Assembly (NCBI GenBank): GCA_000934665.2 | Contig: KZ538091.1 | Span: 107,307 to 127,306, forward strand | DNA length: 20,000 bases | Direction: 5' to 3' | Source of the DNA: Catajapyx aquilonaris | Lineage: Eukaryota | Part shown: one piece after another, positions 11,710 through 20,000 of the stretch | How the letters are laid out: each line of letters begins with the position of its first letter | How positions within the stretch are numbered: the stretch's first letter is position 1 | Translations under genes and position numbers: made by a program | Notes under the pieces: model-generated | Databases searched by the model: none | The model's input: the letters and a program-made list of their open reading frames with translations, nothing else | What the model was told of the DNA's origin: nothing

Positions 11710-12396
11710 AGCCTATAGGCAATGAATAAAAACAATAAAAATAAAATGTAGATTTGTGTTCAAGATCTGGTTGTAATTACTGACATTAATGAATAAATGT
11801 GCTGCAAATATTATTGGGGGGGAAAATTGGATTTTTGCACGCCATTATTTTTTCATTAGGAGTAGCTGCTACTTTCAACTGCTACTGCCACAAACCAGCT
11901 ACACTTCAGAGTTTCAGGACCACCCTGTATTCTATCGATTCCAACTTTATCGTCGCCTGGTAGGAATTGGATGGGGGAAAGAGGGGGGGATGGGACGCAT
12001 CCTTTTCACAAATGCCCTTCCTCCCCCCTCCCCCTCCTCCCCAAAAAAATGAAAAGCTGCTTTTGAGAACTGCTGAAATGACCCCTAGAGCGCACTAGGG
12101 GGTAGGTGGGGGTGGGATTAATCAGTTCTAATGGCAGCCTGGGGGCTTTTTCATACCGGGGGCGGCCCCTACGACTAATTCCTTTCNCCCCCCCCTCCTT
12201 CCCACCTTCCGGTTGAATATTGAGTAGAAAGCACTCGGGGAAAATCTGATGGGATTAGAGTTTCTATGACTGCCTTTGCTTCTGGGTCATCCCTCCGAGT
12301 CGTCCACTACTCCAATCCAGAGCGACACTTTGATGACTTGGGGAAAAAAACCCCCCGTAGGTTTTCCTTTCCTACTCACTCTGCTCGAGAGCTTAC

Positions 12397-12423
12397 GTTT
12401 TCAACTACTGGATCCACTTTCAT
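12397..12423 (-). CDS. Candidate short first coding exon MKVDPVVEN
   Basis: The minus strand reads GTCAAA-ATG AAA GTG GAT CCA GTA GTT GAA AAC|GTAAGC, with insect-type CAAA-ATG context and a phase-0 donor. An alternative donor AGA|GTGAGT is 17 nt further on. Upstream sequence is A-rich and UTR-like. Confidence 0.35.
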
Positions 12424-13748
12424 TTTGACTAACCTATTGCACTTCACGGTTGGGGGTTTTGCATTTCTAGGAGCGAAAGGAGGTTTTTTTTTTTTTCTTA
12501 TTCTATATTCTTCCATTTGCAACTCGACGGTCTATCACTTTTACGATAATGTACGCTGAAATTGTAGTTTGTGGGAATTTATGTATTTTACAGGGGGCGG
12601 CGGCTAAAGTTGTGGGAACGAAACTTTGGACAAATTTGAAGCCGAGAGTGCTGCTGATGGCGTCAATTATTAACATATTGTTTCCGGCTAACAAGGTCAG
12701 GCATTAATATTCTGCAATATTAGCATTGCAAGGATATCAAGTGGGCTCTGTGCGCGTGGTATTGCATCCAGCTGACCTATTACATGCAGTGTAGAAGACA
12801 CGTCACCAGGTGTAGGATATTAGTAGGCGACTGAAGGGCTATAAAAGGCATATGTTTAATTTTATGGCACGTGAAAGCCACAATGGTACTTTTCCATTGT
12901 GTATAATGACAATAAAATATTCCTTACATTGCTGCTGAACATTGTATGAGCTACTTTAACACCACAAAAAAATTGTTTTAAAATATTCACGTAACTTATA
13001 TTGTCGTACAAAAAATACAAGCCAGAGCTCTTTGATACCGTATTACATTTTAAAGTCAAATGTAGCGACCAACCCAAATTTCGATCCATCACAAAAAAAA
13101 GCCTACCTGCATGCAAAATGCTGTAGTCGTCATTATACAACCTGCTGATGGGCATGAACTCATTTGTGAGCAATACAAGCAACCTTTGCTTGTCGGCAAG
13201 TCGTAAGTTTCACAATGCAAAATGTATATCGATTACTCGTCCATGCCATAGTTTGTTTAAAAAATTGGCAAGGCACTATGAAAATATTCTCTGCGAGCAT
13301 AACAAAACGATAGGTCGGTTTTCAAAAATGAAGTGCACATGCAAAAGCCTGACACGAGCTTGGACCAGTGATGCATTGCCGCTAGCGGATGTTTCTGATT
13401 AATTCTGGTTATGACTATATGACGGACTAACCAATAAACCACCGGATATATATCCAACGAGACTTCAAACACGAGAACATTTTAATCAATTTGAGGCCCT
13501 CCCTACTCTAATTGGCACACTAGTAATCCTCTCGTCGAGTTAATTTCAGTGGGATACCCGTGCAGGTAAATCACTGGCAAATTCCTAGTACACTCAATAA
13601 CTAGCAAACCGATAATTGGTTTAGCTGAGTACCGTTTAGTTGACGCAATTACAGATCTATTAATTCGATTCTCGATAACCGAAGCGATATTGGAGTATAT
13701 ATGGAAGAAAAGGTACACCACTTTGGCCCTTTTTGTCAAATTAGGAGG

Positions 13749-14160
13749 AATTTTCGGGCGATAATTCGTAAAAAGTCTTGGGACAATTCATTCTTCAGTT
13801 GGACGAAACTTTCGGACAACAAATTCCTTAGTTGGACGGGATTTCCTGATCGCAAATTCCTCAACTGGAAGATTTTTTTTTGACGAAATTTTTGGGACGG
13901 TAATTCTTCAGCTGGAAGAAAATTTTTGATAATAATATATTCCTGAGCTGGACGAAATTTTTTGGACAATGATTTCTCGGACGAAATTTTTGGAAGAAAT
14001 TCCTTAGTTGGACAAAACATTTTGGGCAATAATACTTCATCAAGACGAAACTTTCTGGTCGAAAATTCCTCACCTGGACGAAATATTTGGACGTTAATTT
14101 CCTCAGTTGAGCAAATTTTTTGGACGAAATTTCTGTTGGACGTGGTCGAAAATTTTCTGA
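13749..14160. repeat. Degenerate ~32-33-bp tandem array (AATTCCTYAGYTGGACGAAATTTTTGGAC-like, ~16-bp subunit)
   Basis: About ten diverged units, e.g. AAATTCCTTAGTTGGACGGGATTT, ATATTCCTGAGCTGGACGAAATTT and AAATTCCTCACCTGGACGAAATAT. The array accounts for the periodic 'F.QLRN' minus-strand ORFs. Confidence 0.85.
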
Positions 14161-15863
14161 TAAGTACAGAGTAAGTGGACGAATTGTACCTGTCTTGTAA
14201 CCTCCAACAGAGCGACGTATCATTCATAGCAATCGGACAGTATCCACGTCACGTCATCGATTTGGTGGGACAAAAAAAATAGAGGTGTACAGAGTTGAGC
14301 GAATGCAGAGCTATGTGCTTGGAAAGCGGAAATATTCGATGGACAATGCCGGAATTTGGCAGCTCGGTATATAACCAGAGAGGGGGGGGGTGGATGTGTG
14401 ATAAAAAGGGACGAAAAGTGGTCATCCGTCTGGACAAATGGACTGCAGAGGTTATTGCATGTCGCTGCTGGTGCACGAGGAGAATACTAAACAGACCTTC
14501 AACCCCCCCTACTTTTTGCACAACATTTTTTCCCCCTCTCTCATCCTCATCACACAGCACCAAGCTACGAGAAAAAAGGGACAAAAAAGTTGGCACAAAT
14601 TGCACGGGGGTAATGTGATGACTGGTTTTACCCTCCAATTTTCATCCGTATATACCTGGCAGTCATAATCTGCAATAATGGTGCTGGCTGTTATATACTC
14701 TGCTTTTACCCGAAATGTTCATCAATATGATGGTGTAATGCAACTGGACTGTGTTTATTGCAATAGTGTGTTCCAACAATTATTGAAGTGGACATACTTT
14801 TCAGTTTTTCTACACATAATATAGCAATATGTAGGTCATCTGCCGATAATTTGTAGGCAGCCATATAATTGCAATACTCATTACTACAGCACACTGTATA
14901 GTAATGAGTTGTATACAGGTTCGTATATGCAATAATTAATTACTCGTGGTTGTTTGCAAGAGTCGCAAGTGTGCAAGGTGACCATTTGGGGCGACGGAAA
15001 ATGGGCTAAATATACTAGGAGCTGTACATAGAAGAGGCGTGGGATTGCGATGCAATGAGTAGGAGCCCGACACGAAGGCCGATGCTCAAATACGGTGTTT
15101 TGCACACATATGATTAGCATCGGGACATTGACATTTCATGCTAGGATTTGGACAGCTCCAGCACTTATATTACTGCTGGGGGAAAAAAAATCACGCATGG
15201 TTCCAAGAAAAAGAGTCAACATTTGCAACAACCTGTCGCAACATAATAAAATAATTAATTTGCAATAAACATTTTTTACTGCACTGATAATTTCCAAGAA
15301 TGAATCCAGAAGATCAAGAATGCAGTTTGGTAACATGACCTTCTTCTCAGCAGGTTGAGTCTAGCATCCTGCTCACAAGCTGATAAAAAAAAGTTATTTC
15401 AAAATCGCAGGAGTCAGTTTGCTGTATAATGTGATCGCTAATGCTGAATCAGCAAATTCCAAACTGACAACTAATATTTTTAAAATACTTTAAAAGCAGC
15501 TAAAAAAATATTCATTACAAACTACTCCCTATACATTATATTTAATAAATTTTATGCGCCGATTTGTACATTTATGCGAATTTATGCTATACAATATTTA
15601 TGCCGGACATATTTAACGCACATCCTATAGTACACTAGTCGTCAATAGCATTTGAAAAAAATATTGCAAGGTTAGTGCTATTATTTATATCGACATGACC
15701 GCGCATTGTTGATTCGAAGTGACGGAACAAATCGAGCGAAGTATTGCAAAAAATCGCTTCCGCACGTCCGCGAGTTAAAAAGCCGAAGAGTAATCACAAT
15801 CAAATCGATGCCTCCCCGTAAACACAAAATCATCCAAAAATTTTTTTGCCAAACTTAACTCAC

Positions 15864-15881
15864 TTTGTTACTTGAAGTCAT
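15864..15881 (-). CDS. Candidate micro first coding segment MTSSNK
   Basis: The minus strand reads ATG ACT TCA AGT AAC AAA|GTGAGTT (phase-0 donor), preceded by an in-frame stop. It is very short and could be chance. Confidence 0.2.
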
Positions 15882-16162
15882 ATTAAGTAAAACAGCAAAT
15901 TTTGCATCAATATAGTCATGTCATATGCATCGCTAAACATCCAGAGCAGACACAACTTCCGTCGCGTCTTGCTAATTAGATACTCGTAATGAAAATACTC
16001 GGCCGTGGGTTTAACTTATGAGAGTTAACTGGATTAAGTTGTTTCGCTCCCGTAATTCTTGACAAACTTTGACTTACTCAACCCGAAATTTTGCACACAA
16101 AAAAAATATTGCACGCGAATAATCGACATTTTGTTGCAAACTTTAATAATTGAGATACTTAC

Positions 16163-16320
16163 CTAATATGCAATCCTTATTTTCCAAAACAAATAAAAAG
16201 TTTTTTTTGGTCACTTCACTTTTTTTTTTCGGGCTTTTCGAAAAATCCACGTCCGCTCTGCAGCTCCGTCGAAGTCTGTCTGGCAGCTCTTGGCTTGTAG
16301 TTGGTTGGTTGCCGCTACGA
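16163..16320 (-). other. Candidate non-coding first exon (5' UTR); 5' boundary approximate
   Basis: Ends in a consensus TAG|GTAAGTA donor (GTAAGT = 16162-16157). It has no ATG and a UTR-like composition. Upstream on this strand are a C-rich tract and the E-box TCACGTGA (16398-16405). Confidence 0.45.
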
Positions 16321-16831
16321 GTAAGGTCGGGGAGTGGAGGGGGATGGAGTAGGATGGGTGGGGGTGGGTGGAGGGAGTAAAAGTGGGGAGGGTTGAATCA
16401 CGTGACACGGTTCTCCTCAGGAAAAATAGGTCTTTCGCGCCTCTGAGGTTAACATTTCTTTTTTTTTGCCCCCGCTTCGGTCTGAGTGTCGGCCACACCT
16501 GTGGATAAAACTGTGGTGAAACAACCCCGAATATTGCACCTGCCAAAGAAAAAACTATTGGAGAGCTATAAGACACGAGCTGCAAAAAAATTAATGAAAA
16601 TATAGGAAATATTTGCATAATACTTATAAAATAGTTTGTCCGGGCTACCTAACCCACTTTCAGACTACTAAGAGTGCTGACATTTGGCACACCCATCTGT
16701 GTGCCACTGATTGAGGGAAAATATCGAAAACTGCACTTTTTTTTAGTCTAAGTACTCAAAATTAAGGATTTTTAGTTTATTAAAAAAAGTTTGGAGTTTC
16801 ATCTGCGGCGCTTATAGGTTTTACAAACTTA

Positions 16832-16864
16832 TCTCATCGATGCGAAGAACGGGTCCACTGCTAG
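16832..16864 (+). mobile_element. Helitron-like 3' end or 33-bp minimal remnant
   Basis: A|TCTCATCGATGCGAAGAACGGGTCCACTGCTAG|T has a TC start, a CTAG end and an A/T target. It shares TGCGAAGAACGGG...CTGCTAG with 18261-18285. Confidence 0.55.
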
Positions 16865-16865
16865 T

Positions 16866-17310
16866 ATCGATAAATAATTATATCAAATAAAAATCGATTT
16901 TCTACGCACCCAAAAAAGTCATGCCCTAATATTTTGAAAATACGGCTTAGACACACTGCAAAAATAACAAAAATATCGCAAAAATTACAAATTACGATAT
17001 TTATCGCGCATTAATATCGATTGTCTTCAAACTACCCAAAAAACAGTGCCATGATTTTTTTAAATGCGGCTTACACTGTTACACATTGCAAAAACAATAA
17101 AAATGTCGCAAAAATAAAAATATCGATATGTATAGTGAATAAAAATCGATTTCTTCGCACCCAAAAAAATGCGGTTTAGACACATTGCAATAATAGAAAA
17201 TATCGATGTTTATCGGGCATTAAAATCGATTTTATTCAACCTGCCACCCCCCAAAAAAACGGGTCCTAAATTTTTTTTTTCGTTTGGAAAGTGCGGCTAT
17301 GACACATTGT
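16866..17310. repeat. Degenerate ~105-125-bp tandem array, ~4 copies
   Basis: Anchor T(A/G)CGG(C/T)T...ACACA(T/C)TG at ~16941, 17065, 17170 and 17292. AAAATCGATTT and CCCAAAAAA recur. Confidence 0.75.
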
Positions 17311-18159
17311 GGCACGCATGGTCTAGCAATGGGAGGGTCCTATCGATTTGAGGGGTGGTTTCACAATTGCACACAGGCTCTCTTGTTTGCACATGTTTAC
17401 TGGTCCGGACTTGTTGCCCTTCGGTCAAAAACACTGAGGCCCAAAATATTGTAAATGACACGGGTTTTCAATAACACAGTTTCGGCCACGCAAACCGACC
17501 TGCCACGCCAAGAGGATTTGGTTTATTATACATGAAAGTGCATCAATTGGGAAGGAGTTCGTTTTAAAAATGTATACAGTACTTTCTGTAATAAAATGTG
17601 GCATTATTGACAATGTTGGATCGGTAATTACTGTAAGTAGTTCCAGCAATTGCCACGTCTATCATTGTAAATGAATAATATATTGCACAAATGCAGTTCC
17701 CTCGATCAAGTGCACTGCCTTAATTGATATTACTTGTACTTTTTATCCCATGAGCAAGAAATAGTTAAGCAATGTTGAATTAGTCTGTACCAACACTATT
17801 TTCAGGAGTGACTATTCCAATCTCCCTGAGTTTTTTTTTCTTTCCGGGTTCCCCCAACCACGTCCATTCCAGTAGTCAAATGGGGCACACCCGTCCGTCA
17901 CTCTGTTGTCTCGTTTTCTCGTTCTTCCGTCCGATTGACCACCAATTGACTGACACCACAAACACTGCCCATTTAGTTAGGACTGATAACAACCGCCGCT
18001 GGATAGCTTTTTCGGCAAGGACAAAAAAAAAAGACAGAGAGATTTACAGCAACAATTGGAACCATCTTGCGACCGAAGACAAAGCATACCCATTACTGTC
18101 ATTGTAATGGGGGAAAAAACTGTCCCTATTCTTTGTAATAATTTACGAACGCAAATTTA

Positions 18160-18285
18160 TCTCCCATAGTATAAACGGGAAAGTTTGTTTGTTTGTCCAT
18201 GGCTACGGGTTACCATGGTGTCAAAAAACTACGATTGTTGTGCCACGTGGAAAAAGGGCGTGCGAAGAACGGGCTCTGCTGCTAG
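18160..18285 (+). mobile_element. Short non-autonomous Helitron-like element (126 bp)
   Basis: 5' A|TC followed by TATAAA...AAGTTTGTTTGTTTG, a 3' imperfect hairpin CGTGC-GAA-GAACG, and a terminal CTAG. The layout resembles insect non-autonomous Helitrons. The downstream base is C rather than the canonical T. Confidence 0.6.
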
Positions 18286-19249
18286 CAATTAATAAATTGT
18301 GAGTTGATATAGCAGTGAGTCACTATAGCTAAGAATATCTCAAAAACATTGGCATTCCAGGAATTGTGACACAATCTTGCAGCTTGTTTAGCGTGCGCCA
18401 GCTTTTGACATGTCCTTGTCATATTTTATCGTTGATTATTTTTTAAACAATTTTTTTTGCGTGCGTCTGCTAAAACCCAGACTTTAAAACCTAGCTTCAA
18501 GGCATGTATATAGGAAGGTCACATTTTCATTCGACCAAAATGTCCTACAATTTTTCGTGGAGGGAAGTTAGTATAGCCTTTGTTTTTTTTGGAGCCTTAT
18601 CTCGAAAACCTAAATTCATAATATATTAATATTGCTGCTGGATTATACCTCCCAGCTGAATACGAGCGTCCATAAAGAGACCCTCCATCTCAGTTTTATT
18701 TTTCTTTTAGTATGTTCTGGCATTCATGCACAGTGGAGGGGGGATCCCCGTCGGGAATTCCCTTTTAGACTTCGTGTCCCCAACACTCGGCTCTTTCCGG
18801 ATGTTTTTTTGTAGAATTCATGTGTGTGTGGAGAGAGAGAGAGAGCCAAGTAAATCCAAAGCCTAGGTAGTGCTTCCATGTTGGTTAATTTCAAATGCTA
18901 AAAGTCCGCGGGAATTAACCCGGACGCCAGGTTTCCTCTCCAATTGGACCAAATGCGAGTGCCGACATGTGATTGTGATGCTCGAGTTACAGCCCCAGAG
19001 GTATGGGCTGGAGGGCGCTTTTTTTTAGGGACATTATTTTTGTGTGTTTTTCTGTGTGTGAGAGTGCAGGAGGAAAAAAGCATAATCGCGGTTGGTGTAT
19101 GAGGGGGGCAATATACGGCAGATTGCTTTCTAGTTATTATAAACTACTGTAGGTTGAATTTGCATGCCACAGGTCATTTTTATGGGAAGTGGAACCTGTT
19201 GTGGTTTTGTACAAGGGGATCTAGCAGAACACAATATTTTCTAACATAC

Positions 19250-19953
19250 TGTAGCAATTGCGATTATTTTCGTAATGGAGATGAAGATGATGCCAAAATA
19301 ATAAAAAAATCGCAATATGCTTCCGACAATAAGAAACTTTCTGAATCACCTTGTATTTCAATTTTAGTCAGATGTGATTTTTTTCCCCGCTGCTTAACAA
19401 GTCAAAATTTGCATACGAAATACCTGATATTGTATCAAAAAAAACTGCGGGTTATACCCGAGCAATGTAGCAATTGCCATTATTTTCGTAATGGAGATGA
19501 AGATGATGGCAAAATTTGAAAAGTGTGCATATGCTTCCGACAATAAGAAAATTTTTGAACCACCTTGTATTTGAATTGGGCGTTCAATTTCAGTCAGATG
19601 AAGAAAAAAAAATCCGCCGCTTAACAGTCAAAATTTACATCCAAAATACCTGATATTATATATTTAAAAAAGTTGGTTTATACCCGAGCAATGCAGCAAT
19701 TGCGATTATTTTCGTAATGGAGGTAAAGATGATGCTAAAATATTTAAAAAAAAAACTCGTCATATGCTTCCGACATGAATAAAAATTTTGAACCGCCTCA
19801 GTTGTATTTCAAATGAGCAATTTTAGCAAGATGTAATATTTTTCTGCACTTAACAGTCAAAATTGGCATACAAAATATCTGGTATTGCGTCCAAAAAATA
19901 GGCAGATTAATACCCGAGAAACAGTCAAAATTGGCATACGAAATACCTGATAT
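19250..19953. repeat. ~220-bp tandem repeat, 3 copies plus a partial duplication
   Basis: Units begin TG(T/C)AGCAATTGC(G/C)ATTATTTTCGTAATGGAG at 19250, 19466 and 19692. AACAGTCAAAATTGGCATAC is duplicated exactly at 19852-19871 and 19920-19939. Confidence 0.93.
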
Positions 19954-20000
19954 CAGGGCCCTGCAGAGGGGGGGGGGGGCAGCTGGGTACACTTGCCCCG
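19954..20000 (+). mobile_element. Probable left terminus of a CAGGG-type (hAT-like) non-autonomous element, truncated by the window end
   Basis: Abrupt switch from the AT-rich array to CAGGGCCCTGCAGAG(G)nCAGCTGGGTACACTTGCCCCG. The other end is not visible. Confidence 0.4.

Noticed and set aside
12187..12187. Ambiguous base n in a poly-C run
   Set aside because: Assembly uncertainty. Homopolymer lengths elsewhere may also be unreliable.
13749..14160. CRISPR-like ~32-bp periodicity
   Set aside because: Units are contiguous and degenerate with no unique spacers, there are no cas genes, and the context is eukaryotic.
13736..14227. 163-aa minus-strand ORF with a periodic 'QLRN' motif (LRR-like look)
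   Set aside because: It is a by-product of the ~33-bp DNA array. The motif hops between frames, indicating no frame conservation.
18742..18762. Vector polylinker contamination (BamHI/EcoRI here; SalI/XhoI at 7187-7197)
   Set aside because: The matches are short, 11 kb apart, and embedded in continuous genomic-like sequence.
19154..19519. 121-aa ORF with repeated CSNC..FRNGDEDD
   Set aside because: It arises from the 216-bp repeat unit. The frame is broken in the later units.
156..19992. The many 60-160 aa six-frame ORFs
   Set aside because: They overlap on both strands, often have non-ATG starts, are dominated by homopolymer- or repeat-derived residues, and show no domain I recognise.

Overview
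This is eukaryotic, AT-rich, essentially non-coding DNA. Motif style suggests an invertebrate, probably an arthropod (inference). It is most consistent with a large intron or the 5' regulatory region of a multi-promoter gene. None of the six-frame ORFs resembles a protein family I recognise, and I found no rRNA, tRNA, CRISPR or transposase/RT gene. Directly supported features: (1) three or four TA-flanked CAGGGTG...CACCCTG MITE-like elements; (2) tiny Helitron-like elements or ends (TC...GCGAAG hairpin...CTAG); (3) several tandem arrays (~16, 22, ~32, ~120 and ~220 bp units) and a (CA)7(AG)26 microsatellite; (4) splice-site-bounded candidate short exons, mostly on the minus strand plus one on the plus strand; (5) an apparent excess of CACGTG E-boxes and some kB-like and CRE palindromes. 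I do not see convincing evidence of a novel biological system. The findings are modest, testable leads.
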